A stretch of DNA of 64,000 nt from the human T2T-CHM13v2.0 reference genome, Homo sapiens, in NCBI RefSeq assembly GCF_009914755.1, contig NC_060937.1. The stretch is one strand, 5' to 3'. How positions within the stretch are numbered: the stretch's first letter is position 1; the number at the start of each line of letters is the position of its first letter. Under the pieces are notes generated by a model, which did not search any database, was not told the origin of the DNA, and saw nothing but the letters and a program-made list of their open reading frames with translations. Both the position numbers and the translations under genes were made by a program. Below are positions 1 through 11,660 of this stretch, one piece after another.

Positions 1-159
1 AATAGTTCTAAATTGCTATAGTTTTAATCATATACACTTGCATAAGATACTGTCACTTCTTCTACCCTATCTAGATACATTTTTCTCTGTTAAATCTTAC
101 AAGAAGAGATTTTCTTTCCAACCATCATCAAAATAAACTAATAAAAATATTGGCTAGAA

Positions 160-345
160 CATATTTATTAGGTGTCAGGCACTATGCTAAGTGCTTTATA
201 TTTATGTTCTTATTAATCTTTAAAAAACTCTAAGATAGGTCCTATTATTATCCTCACTTTACTTATAAGAGGTCAGAGGCTTAGAGAGATTAAGTTTCCC
301 AAAGCCACACAATTAGGAGGATCGTGAGGCTGGCATTCAACCCAC
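160..345 (-). mobile_element. MIR SINE fragment
   Basis: MIR-like core 'tgtcaggcactatgctaagtgcttta...tattattatcctcactttac...gaggcttagagagattaag...caaagccacaca'. Confidence 0.7.
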
Positions 346-494
346 ATCATCATCTACTGTCTCTCATGGCATCATTTAACAACAACAACAACACAGAGTG
401 GCTACACAGGCATTCATGGGAAGTAAGAAAAGTATTCAAAGATTATCTCTATATTGAGCCTTGAATATTGAGCAGAGGCTCCACTTGGAAACAT

Positions 495-496
<2 letters not shown>

Positions 497-547
<51 letters not shown>
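497..547. repeat. (CA)n microsatellite, about 22 perfect units
   Basis: Direct reading of 497-540, then gcacac. Confidence 0.98.
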
Positions 548-548
<1 letters not shown>

Positions 549-1416
549 AAAAGAGCATCCCGGGCTGGCTGAAAAAATCTGTCCAGGCTAAAATTCAAGG
601 AGGGAAGAATGTAAGAATGTGGAATGATCAGAGAAGTTGAAGAACCTCTAACCATGGGATGTGGAAGGCTATTGACAGGGTAACAGGCTGAAGAGGTGAG
701 TTGGTACAAGTCAGAGTGCTATGGATACTGTGCAGAGAAGTTTAGAATATTTTTTAATAGAGAACCAGTTTAGTATTTAATGCCATCAGAAACATAACTT
801 GTTCAGGAAAGTGAAGGATTTATTGAAATGAGAAGAGGTTATACAGACCAACACTTGTATTTTTTTGTATTTCTTTTCTTATCTTTCTATAGTTTAATAT
901 ATCCATTGATAAGTACTTCAGATTGTATACATAAAATATTAAATCTATAACTATATAATATCATATATATGTGTCTCCAGCTGTATTTGAAATATCCAAG
1001 GCTATGAAAAACTTGTTTTCTATCTCTTTTGTTTATATCATAATGCCTCCCATGCTGCTCTGAACAAAGTAAGTGCTAAATAAATGCTCATTTAATAACT
1101 TAGGAGGGTATCCTTGAAAATTAAGCTTTCTGGAAGGCATAGATTTACTGTTCTTAATCTTTCTTTGGAAGAGAACTGTTGAGATAAAAACACTTCTATG
1201 TTAAACATATAAAATTCAAATTTTGAATCAAGTATTGGTTTTCCAGGGGAAAAAATTACCATAACTTGAGATTATTGTAACTAAATATATAGTATATGTA
1301 AAAGTTAGACAAGGTGGTCACTACTCAGAAAGATGTGCTTTATTTTGTTTTCCAACTTCGACGTGGTATGGTTTTTAAAATGTATCTTCTGTGCTGGTTG
1401 CCTTTAAATAAGAAAT

Positions 1417-1467
1417 TGTGTGTATGTGTGTGTGTGTGTTTGTGTGTGGTGTGTATGTGCACATGTG
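1417..1467. repeat. imperfect (TG)n microsatellite
   Basis: tgtgtgtatgtgtgtgtgtgtgtttgtgtgtggtgtgtatgtg. Confidence 0.9.
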
Positions 1468-2429
1468 TCATGACACATGAGTAACAATGAGCTTGAAGGC
1501 TTTTGTACAGGGTGATGATGAATATTGATTGAATTCATGAACTGTTATCTATGAGCTGCTTCTCTGTTTTTTTAAAGGAATTGGTTATTAAGCAATGAGA
1601 GCTTTTAATGCTGAGTCCTATAATTATTGTGATGTCCTTTCTAACAGCTGTGTTCTCTATATGTGTATTTTTAGCGAAGTGATTATAAAAGCAGAACTAC
1701 ATGTTCTTCTGCCCAGAGTCCTCTCTACCTGCATCCATCAATTTTCCTGTCTTTTTCATCCGATAAACAGCTACCCCACTTACTTTGCAGTGAACTGTTG
1801 ATTTTAAGGGATCTTATTTTAAATTGCTGGATATATTCACTCTCTTTTCTTAATAAGCATATGTCCTGGACAAGTGTTATATGGATATTTGAATTTTAAT
1901 GGATATTCAATGTTTACATATGTCTTTCTCGATCTGGGATTGTGATGCCAGAGGATGTCAAGGTGTCATCAAATATTCTTAAAGGGCTTTGCCTCATCCC
2001 TCCCAATCTAATCATACTTATTCATTTGTCAAGCATTTATAGGACATCTATTATGCATAAGAAAAAGATTACAGTCATGAGCCATTTCCTCTCTGTGTTT
2101 ACACTGTAGCAAGCAAACTGAAATTATAATATATGGCAAATGCCACAACTAGATATCCACAAAGTATTAAGAAAGCCAAAAGGAGGGAACTTAGCACCAG
2201 TGGGAGGGTCAGAGAAACCTACCTAGAGGAGAGGCCAAATGAGGAGAAAGCTTAGAAAATCTCACTGTTCTTAGTGCCCAAGGCCTTTAACCAACCCAAC
2301 CTTCCCAAAGCTATTTCCAGGTCTTCCCATAAGCCAAATCAAGCAATTGCTTAATGTGAACATGAGAATCTGTCATCTTCAGTTCTTAATTAACTATATT
2401 ATATTTTATTTTAAAAGAAAAGTTAACAA

Positions 2430-2620
2430 TAGTCATGCAACAAGCATTCACTGAGCACCTATTGAGTGCCAGGTATTATGCTAAGTGTCTGGTAAATATA
2501 AATAAAGCATTGTTCCTATATTAAAGAAACTAAAAAAAACCCTCAATTAGTAATTAACATATAAGTACAGTATTTAGAATTACATATATTGTGATTTGTA
2601 GGGTCACAGAGAAAGTGGTT
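2430..2620 (-). mobile_element. L2 fragment
   Basis: 'caacaagcattcactgagcacctattgagtgccaggtattatgctaag' resembles the L2 3' end. Confidence 0.55.
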
Positions 2621-3089
2621 GCAACCCAGTAGCATTCAAAGTGGGGAATATGAGAAGTGAGAAGGCCAGCAAACACTCCATCCATGACACAACAGTTTAG
2701 TTGAATAGGTTGAGTAGGTTGAGTAAGTCACCCAATTAGAAGATGGTGGGGCTGGAATTTGAACTCACATCACCTGACTCAACTGTCTCTCTTGGTATCA
2801 TTAAAAAATTATTGAGTGGTTACCTAGACGTTCATGGGAAGTCAGAAAGTCTTCACAGAAAAGGGTGTATACTGAGTAAATTAATAATCTCAGAAGTACA
2901 ATAAGCTATAGAGATCCATAGCACATAAACTGTGATCAAAAAAGATTTTCCAAAAAAGCATAGCATGAATGAATCTTGAAGTCTGAGAAAATAATACCAG
3001 TTAGGTGTAAAAGGGAGAGAGGGCATGTCAAAGAATAGTATTAACACTTGAGAGAACATGGAGGTATGACACACCTTTTTTTTTTTTTT

Positions 3090-3480
3090 TCAAGTTAAGA
3101 AAGTTATCTTCTATCCCTAGTATTTCTGATGATTTTTAAGTTATAAATAATCATTGAAATTTATCAAATGACTATAACTCTTGAGGCAGTTGATACTATT
3201 ATTCACTTTTAGTCCATTAATATGATTGATTTGATAGGTTTTTTACTTTTGAATTATTCTTGGATTCTTGGAATAAAACCTTCTTGATCATGATTTATTT
3301 ATTTAAATGAACAGCAGATTCACTTATGTAAAATTTTATACAGAATTTTGAAATCCATATACTAAGACTATAATTTGTGTATGCGTCTGCATGTGCTGTT
3401 CTTAACATTTTTTAAAAATGAGTTTATAGAGGCTTCAAAAATTGATTGGGCATTTCCCCCTCTATTTTTCAGAAACAACT
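3090..3480 (-). mobile_element. old L1M (ORF2) fragment
   Basis: 'aagttatcttctatccctag...gaaatttatcaaatg...ttcttggaataaaaccttcttgatcatg' resembles antisense L1M ORF2. Confidence 0.6.
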
Positions 3481-3695
3481 ATAAAAATCTGATTTTCTTT
3501 TGTCATTTTTCCACTAGCATTTCTTATTCTATGTATTTGCTTGTTTTTGTTTATTTTTTTTCTTATTATTATGTTATCTCAGTAGTTCCCAGCCTGGGTT
3601 GTATATGAAAATCATCTGGGACATATATACATATATATTCTAATAGCTAGGTTCTGCCTAGGTATGCTAACAGTTAAGTTAGAATCTCTAGAGTT

Positions 3696-4063
<368 letters not shown>

Positions 4064-4701
4064 AAAACTCTAGAGATAAAGCCTCATCTATTTTAAAAAA
4101 ACACTATTTTTTAAGTCTTTCCATCCAAAAGCACTATTAGATTAATGTATTCTTCTTCAGATAAAAAGCTGTTGGATGGATACATTTAATATTTTTCTGG
4201 TTTTTGTCATTCTTTTTTATGCTTTTATATAATGCTTCCTTTTTAAATAGAAAACCATTATTGTGCTTCATTGCACTTACACCATTTCATTTCTACAGTT
4301 ATATGTGGGCTACTTGTGTCTTCTCCACTGGTGCCCTGCTTAATTAGAGGAGAACTTGTTGTGTCTATTTTATGTATTCTCATATATCTAGGGTCTAGCA
4401 TAGTTCTAGGCAAGTAGTAGATCCTTTACAAATACTTGTTGAGCTGAAAGTTTTAACCATATATGAGCAAACAGTCTAAAAGTCTCTAAAAATTTACATG
4501 ACTTTGATTATGCATTAAAACTTGGAGATAATCATACTATATTTTAAATCTGGTTGAACTCCTAGAAGGATTTTGAGATATTTGAATTACTAAAGTCCAT
4601 AAAGTTTAAAATAAAGTAAAAGGTTTATATACAAGACCCAGCTGGATGCTGGCTGGACAAACATTGTCCTCTTTAGCCTTTGTTCTATTCCTTTACGGCA
4701 G

Positions 4702-4860
4702 TTACATGTGGACTGGACAGCCATGACCAACCCTGCACTAGAACTGCTGGGTCAGTTACACTTTAGAGCACAAGACATGCTTGGAGGGAATCCATTGCTG
4801 TCTCCATCAACATCACCAGTCGATTTCATCTTTGAGTCGGAACCTCCTAACTTTAAGAAG
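4702..4860 (+). other. candidate spliced exon (159 nt, phase-0 frame open)
   Basis: Acceptor tttgttctattcctttacggcAG, donor AAG|GTACTG; translates LHVDWTAMTNPALELLGQLHFRAQDMLGGNPLLSPSTSPVDFIFESEPPNFKK with no stop; protein not recognised. Confidence 0.35.
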
Positions 4861-5169
4861 GTACTGCTTGCCTAGAACTATGCTAGATCCCAGATATATG
4901 AGGATTTCTGTTATTTTACCTTGAGACTCTCTAAAAGGGCAACAGAAACACTCAAAAATCTAAAACAGAAACCAGTAGTTATAAATGGCCATTTTTTTAT
5001 GAACAGGAAGTAGAATAGAAGAAAAATGTAAAGGAAGTTAAAAGAGCAGACTTTCAAATTATTTTTCATCTTGGTGGGAAAGAAAAAATCCTCCCTGGGA
5101 GGTTTCTCGATATAGGAAGTGTGGATATTCTTGGCCTAATTCCTGTCTAGCACTTCTCTGCACTGTTCC

Positions 5170-5230
5170 TCTCTCCGCCACACCTCCCCCAGCCCTCGGC
5201 TAAGGAGTGCTCATTTGCATAATTAAACTG
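5170..5230. promoter_or_regulatory. candidate enhancer: octamer (POU) plus TAAT site next to GC-rich motifs
   Basis: ctcATTTGCATaattaa at 5210-5226, preceded by ccgccacacctccccc; not repeat-like. Confidence 0.3.
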
Positions 5231-6418
5231 CTTGACAGGGATGCTGAGAGAGTGGAACAAGGCATGCACGGAGCCAAGTATTCTTCAAATGCCATCCTTA
5301 CCCACACCCCTACTACACAAGGGAAACTGCTAAACCATTTGAAGAGAAAAGGGAAGTTGCATATTGATATTCAAAATGTCTGTGGCACATGTTTTATGAT
5401 ATCAAAAAGTCTGTCAGGGACCTACTGGCCTGAGGACAGAAAGAAATGAAATACAGCCAAGGGGAAAATATGAGGATGAGTGAGAATGAAAATGGAAAAT
5501 TTAAATGCATTTTGGAGCTCTTGGAGCTGATCAAGGCTGACCCTATGTACAGGAGGAGCTAATGCTCTCCATGGTAGGCAAGACATCATCCATAAGACTC
5601 TAGCCAGTAGAGGCACTCATTACCTTCAGGAAACTACTCCCAAGGTGTACACAAATTATCTGATGGTTGCTGATCTAATAAAAAGCATATACATCTGTGA
5701 GAATTAATTAACATTTTGCGTATCCTCAGAGCACTGAGGGATAAGATGGAGGACTAATCCTGAGGAGGGGAGAATTCTGGAGGGACAGTAAAGGGGAAGT
5801 CTCAAGCAGGTGAAGTTCGACCTGAAAGAACACTGCAACATAATGCCTCAGGCACAAGTGTTGCTGTGAGAAGCAACAGAACTTTGCCTTCCTCAGTTTT
5901 GCCTTAGGCTAGCGTTGCTAATGTTTCTAATCACCAGATGTTTACTAGTAATGTTAGCAGGAGAAATTGGTTAAAATATTTGTGAGTTGAGACATGTGGA
6001 TTTTGATATATTTTGGCTAAAGACTGAATAGGGTGTTAGCCCAAGGCAACAGAGCCCTTCTTGGTGGAAGTTACTGGGTTTTCCACCAACAACACAGACT
6101 CAGCCCCAAGCACGCCCTGTGTCTTTCCTGAGCATCTCCTGCTGGCCAATGATCAGCAGTTTAATGTCCACCATGCAGTAGCATCTAACAGTAGTCATGC
6201 TGTTTAGGATGAACGTAAGCATCCAGGTGCCATTAGTCCAAGCTAATGCCTCTCCTGCCGAATATAAGCATCATGACAGCAGATGCGTCATATGATTTGT
6301 TTATTGCTGTATTCCCAGTCCCTACACCAATGTCTACTATGTGGTCTGTCAGCACTAAATAAATATTTGATCAACAAATGAATGAATGAGCAAACAAGAA
6401 GCTGACGTGGAAGCAAAG

Positions 6419-6517
6419 TAGGGTGACCAAATCATCTAGGTTTTAAAACTGAAGGTCCTGCATCCTGGAACCACCTCAGGCCTTGGCAAAGCAGCAGCAG
6501 GGTAATTGATGAACCTA
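6419..6517. mobile_element. MER81-like hAT MITE
   Basis: Begins tagggtgacca, ends tgatgaaccta; internal 'ttttaaaactgaaggtcctgcatcctgg'. Confidence 0.65.
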
Positions 6518-6569
6518 ATGCCCAGCCAATCATATGGCTGAAGCTCATGGTATTGACATGAGAGTTTAT

Positions 6570-6900
6570 CCCTCCAACAAATGTTTTCTGAGCATCTAGT
6601 ATGTGCCAGACACTGCTCTAGGCACAGAGACTAGGGCAGTGAAGAAGACACACAAGTGCTTACTCAAATGGAGCTTACATTCCGGTGTGGCTGTCATTAA
6701 ACACACAAACAGATATACACATATTATAATAATATAAAATCAGGAGGTGAGATTTTCTGTGGACAGCAATGAAACAGCATAAAAGATAGAGTGACGGCAT
6801 GGGAACACTGTTTTGGATATGGTGGTCAGCACAGGTCTCCCTGGAAAAAAGTGTATAGGTCCTGAAGCAGGATTATGCTAGGTCTGTTGGAGAAATCAGA
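6570..6900 (-). mobile_element. L2 fragment
   Basis: 'caacaaatgttttctgagcatctagtatgtgccagacactgctctaggcac...ggagcttacattc'. Confidence 0.65.
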
Positions 6901-8187
6901 CATTGTTATGATTTGAATTACCTTCTAAGGTTGTAGGCCAGGAAAACCAGACCGTATGACTACTTCTCTTTAGTTGTTCATTTCTTTATTCATTCCCTTA
7001 TTTTAAAAACACTTTTCTAAGTGTACACTATGTGCCAGGGGCTATGCCACATACTGGCATAGAAAGATGGCACTGTCTTACTCTTGTCCATCTATTCCAC
7101 CAAAGAAAAGAGCCATTCTCCAATATTCTCAGGAGGTGTCTGAGGTTACACTCTGAACAGACTGCAATCCTGCAGCCTGACTCACGTCTATCAATGACAT
7201 TGCTTGGGACCTCTTGCTGTTAAGTCCCACCTAGGAGGTTTGTCACTGCAACAATTACAGAGTTGAACAGTTAAAAGGACTCACAAAACTTTATAGGGTA
7301 TATTTTACTAAAACCTTAATAAAGGTGAGGATATAGTACAGCAAGAAAATAAAGTGCAGACAAACATCAAAGAGGTCTGAGACTTCCAGGTAGTTTCTAG
7401 GGTCCTCTCTCAAAATAGCATGGGCTGCACTTCGTCTTTGAATTATTAACCACAAAGATATTTGCAAAGATACTTTGGTCTCAGGGAAGCCAAGGCACAA
7501 ATTTACAGAGAGATCTTTTACATTTTATTGATGGTGCAACAAAATCAAGCTGCCTGTTAAACCAGTTAAATCAGGGACAAACCATAATGCTGTACATTTT
7601 CAGTAAACAATGTAGAGAAGGTAGCACAGTTTCACGCAGGGGAGTTTTGGACTTTCATCAGCATATTATAAATCACTAACAACTATTTTTCATCCTTATT
7701 TTAGCTGAAGGTCAGTATTAGTGTTCCAGGAATCATCGCAGTTAAGTATAGGGCTACCATACCAGATGCAAGTTAACTCAATCTTACATAGTTCCTAGTC
7801 CCTTTCAAGAAAGCCCCACACCTAGGCCAGTTTATCTTGCCTTTCTTTCCTATTCCCAATTCCTAGCACATTCCCCAATGTACTGGAATTTTAGCTTCTC
7901 TGCCTTTGCCACTGTGACTGCCACTGCCCACATGCTAAGCTGCAGAAAAAAAAAAAAAAAGTGAAACTCCATTTATGTCCATCTTTTCTTCTCTACCAGC
8001 TCATAGCACCTAGATGCATGAATTTAAACACACGTATCACCTGATTACTCCTGAATTTACAGCTTCTGTCCATATCTGACTCTGCACTTAACAGTTCTGC
8101 TTAGAAATCTAGCAGGCATTCCCAACTTAACATGTTCAAAGTAAAACTCTTATTTTTCTCTCTAAGCCCTTTCCACTCCTAGGCATC

Positions 8188-8490
8188 TAATCTGGTTTGG
8201 TTTTATGTCCGCATCCAAATCTCATCTAGAATTGTAATCTCCATAATCCCCAGGTGTCAAGGGACAGTCCTGGTGAGAGGTGACTGGATCATGGGGGCAG
8301 TTTCCCCATGCTCTTCTCATGATGGTGAGTTCTCATGAGTGTGAAGAAGGTTACTGCTTCCCCTTCCGCCATGATTGTAAGTTTCCTGAGGCCTCCCTAG
8401 CCATGTGGAACTGTGAGTCAATTAAACCTCTTTCCTTTATAAATTACCCAGTGTTGGGTATTTATAGCAGTCTGAAAATGGACTAATACA
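8188..8490 (+). mobile_element. THE1-family (MaLR) solo LTR, internally deleted, inside an L2 relic
   Basis: 'ccaaatctcatctagaattgtaa...cttccgccatgattgtaagtttcctgaggcctccc...ggactaataca'; 5-bp TSD gcatc/gcatt. Confidence 0.9.
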
Positions 8491-8632
8491 GCATTCCCAT
8501 CTTAGCATGTGGCATGAATTTTCATCCAGTTTATACATCTGTCATCTGGGGCATATACCGTTAATGATTCTTCATTCTTGGCTTTTCCTTCCAATCTGCA
8601 CCCAAACATCAAGTCAATTAGCTTTACTTTTA

Positions 8633-8703
8633 GTGTGTGTGCCTGTGTGTGTGTGTAGTATTTCAATAGCTTTTGAGGTGTAAGTGGTTTTGGGCCACAT
8701 GGA
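8633..8703 (-). mobile_element. ultra-short L1PB-type 3' end whose tail is now (TG)n
   Basis: 'tatttcaatagcttttgaggtgtaagtggttttgggccacatgga' matches the L1PB 3' terminus; perfect 14-bp TSD tagctttactttta at 8619-8632 and 8704-8717. Confidence 0.75.
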
Positions 8704-11353
8704 TAGCTTTACTTTTAAAAATATTCCAATTTTGACCCCAGCATGCCACACACTTGAGTTTTACTTGCAGAATGCATGAAGAGGGCAAAGAGGGGGCCTG
8801 GGCCAGCTTAGGTAAGTCTGAGAACTAATTCCTGTGGGAAGTGAGAAGGGCTGAGGCTCAGAATGCTCAGAAACAAGGGACCAGGAAAAAGAACTCAGAG
8901 TGAGGACTGAGATGAGCATTTAGGGGCCTGGAAGCACATGGATTCTCAGTATCAAAATGAAGCATTCTGAAGTGCTAGCAACAAAAAAAACCCTCAAAAT
9001 TGAAGAAGCTTCTGTCTCATACAGGAAACCTGTGACGTAGTTCTTGCAGGGAAAATAAACTAAGAATAAGGCCACTTAAGGACTAGAAGAAGGAGCGAAA
9101 ATCAACCTACCCAAAGTAAGATTGTGTAGAGTTGGGACAACGGCAGATTCTGGTATAGGAAGATAGTAGTTGGGTTTACTTTGTTTAAGGTGGGTAGAGG
9201 TCAGTCAAAAAGTAAAGTTCATTCCTTAATGCCTGACATAACAATTAGAAAATTCTACTGGTAGATAATTCAAAGAGTAAACTTTATTTCAAAGCTTCTG
9301 CTTTGATAAGAGCTTTTAGAATTCAAAAGGTTTGCTGAATTTGACTTTCTGATATAGATGCAAATGAAACCAAAGAATTGTAGAAATCTAAATATACTAC
9401 CTACATTAGGAACCACAATTGACACAGATAAACAAAGTCATTTTCTCATAAAAACACAATTCATGAGAATATTGCTAAACAGGCATTTAGCATCTTGCAT
9501 CTTCAAAATAAGTCACTTAAGTATGTTTTTAGGATTGCCAGTACCAGTGCTATTTGTAATGGTACCGAAAGATAACACATTGGCTAAAGTTGCCATCTCC
9601 CCTAAGAGGAGAATGTTCGTTTATCAATGAGGAGAGTAAAGGAAAGATGGGGTGCAACCAAAAGTTGCAAAGCAATAGCAGCATCTTTTAATTAATCAAG
9701 ACTCCACCAGTGGAAGCATCTTATTATTACTATTTTTTTTAAATAACACTAGCTAAAAGCACTTACTGGAGAAGCAGTTGCTGATGGGCCTTTCAGCCTT
9801 ACAGGAAAGTGGTCCTGGAGTTTTATTTTGCATTCTACATAAACACAACTTTTGCAACAGAAAAGGGAAGATTAGCCATTATTAAATTTAAATAAATAAA
9901 ACTAAAGTAACTAAAATTTACTGTGTTGACCTTAAAAGTAAGCTTACAGAACTGTGATTTACTAACTACTCTAGTAACTTAAAACATTTTTTAAAGAGGA
10001 TAATGATAACAAATATAACTTGATTATATTTACACTTTAAAATGTTTAGAGTAGGGTAAGATATGGGCATTTTTAATGTGACAGTATTATATAAATGGTA
10101 ATAAATACTCAGCTATAATAAAATTCTGTATGTGTGGGTGGGTTCATGAAGAAACATTAAAAAAAACCCAAATTAAAAAAAAATCTAAGTTGCAATTAAA
10201 AATCTGAGTTGCTGTATATTTATATTTTTATTGCTGATTTGTATGAAAATAAATATTAATTGGTAAAGAAGCCCACTAAGCCAAACTATCTAATGTGGTG
10301 AATCATAAATACTAAATTAAGCTGAATTTTAAACGCAACTTTACCACATATCCAATTTCATTTTCTCAGGTATTAATTAAAAATACAGTCTTTTCACACA
10401 TACGTACTTTAGCTATATCGGAGGCTTAAATGTATTATGACACCACAACTAAAAATGAAGAGAACTGTTTCCCTGAGTCATGAGGCAGCCCAATGGTGCA
10501 GAATGAAATCATTTCAAATCAATCTCAGATGCTTTTCTGCCTCAAAGGAGAACACTACAAGCAAAGGATTAACTTAGAAGAGGCTACAGGGAGCATGGGT
10601 TAAGGACTCTTTCTATCTCAGCTTTGGCAACTTTTCTACATTTCAGAATTAAGTGACTCTTCTGTTACAGAAAAAAACTGCTTGGTCTCCAATTTAAAGA
10701 AATAAAGCAGAATTATTTAAATTCATAAGCAATCCTGTTTTGTTTTGTTTTTTCATTTAAGACCAGTTGAAAGTTTCATTGTACAAACTTTAAAGAAAAA
10801 TTGAGGGAGAAAAGATACAGTTCTAGCTTTATTTATTATACATTCAGATCCTAGTGGAATAGACAGTTTTTATTTGTCTTTGAGCTTCTGTGCTTGTAAA
10901 TGTCTTTCAGAGAATGTACAGTCAACATTTCTTCATCCCAGACTGAGCCTGCATCTAAGCTGCCAAAGTAAGATGAAGTAGCAGAGCTTTTCGTCTGCAT
11001 AATTCAGGACCCCATTAGTTTACCCTAACCTCCCTAACCTTCTAATTAAGCCAGGTGGATTTTTTTTTAAGTCAGTTTTCCTTTCTAAAAAATTAAGTCC
11101 ATTGACAAAACTGATTTTGGCAGAATGTGAGGAATATTAGAATCCTTCTATGCTCTCAAAAAGAATCTCAACTTTAGGAAATCTATCTTCAAAACCAGGA
11201 TTATTTGGGTCTAAATTTAACATGGCAAAAGCATGATACCTTGAATCATTTCTCACATTCCTTGAAAATATTGAGTCATTTCAGCCATATCACTTTAATT
11301 TTAATTTAGTCTGAAAATAATATGCAATATTTTCTTGTATTAACTATAATAAC

Positions 11354-11660
11354 TTTTTTTGTTTTGTTTTTTGTTTTTTTTGAGTCTGGGTCTTGCTCTG
11401 TCTCTGAGGCTGGAGTGCAGTGGCATGATCCCCACTCACTGCAACATACACTTCCCCAGTTCAAGCAATTCTCCTGCTTCAGCCTCCCAAGAACCTGGGA
11501 CCACGGGTGCGCACCACCACACCCAGCTAAGTTTTGTATTTTTAGTAGAGACGAGGTTTTGCCATGTTGGCCAGGGTGGTCTGAAACTCCCAACCTCAGG
11601 TAATCTGCCTGTCTCGGCCTCCAGAAGTGTTAAGATTCAGGCGTGAGCCACAGGCCCAGC
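11354..11660 (-). mobile_element. AluS
   Basis: Antisense Alu dimer; TSD tgtattaact(a/g)taat at 11336-11350 and 11661-11675. Confidence 0.95.

Noticed and set aside
1505-1620. GTGATGA ... CTGA resembling a box C/D snoRNA
   Set aside because: Only about 3 bp of terminal stem and no guide sequence I can recognise; such motifs are common by chance.
7200-7790. Possible MER21/MER68-like LTR
   Set aside because: Resemblance too weak to assign a family or boundaries without a search.
11021-11046. Two CCCTAA hexamers
   Set aside because: Too short to call an interstitial telomeric repeat.
11306-11646. Overlapping ~95-aa ORFs (similar ones at 3756, 37026, 53534, 55196, 58295)
   Set aside because: Alu read-through translations (LECSG / LPGSSDS-type motifs).
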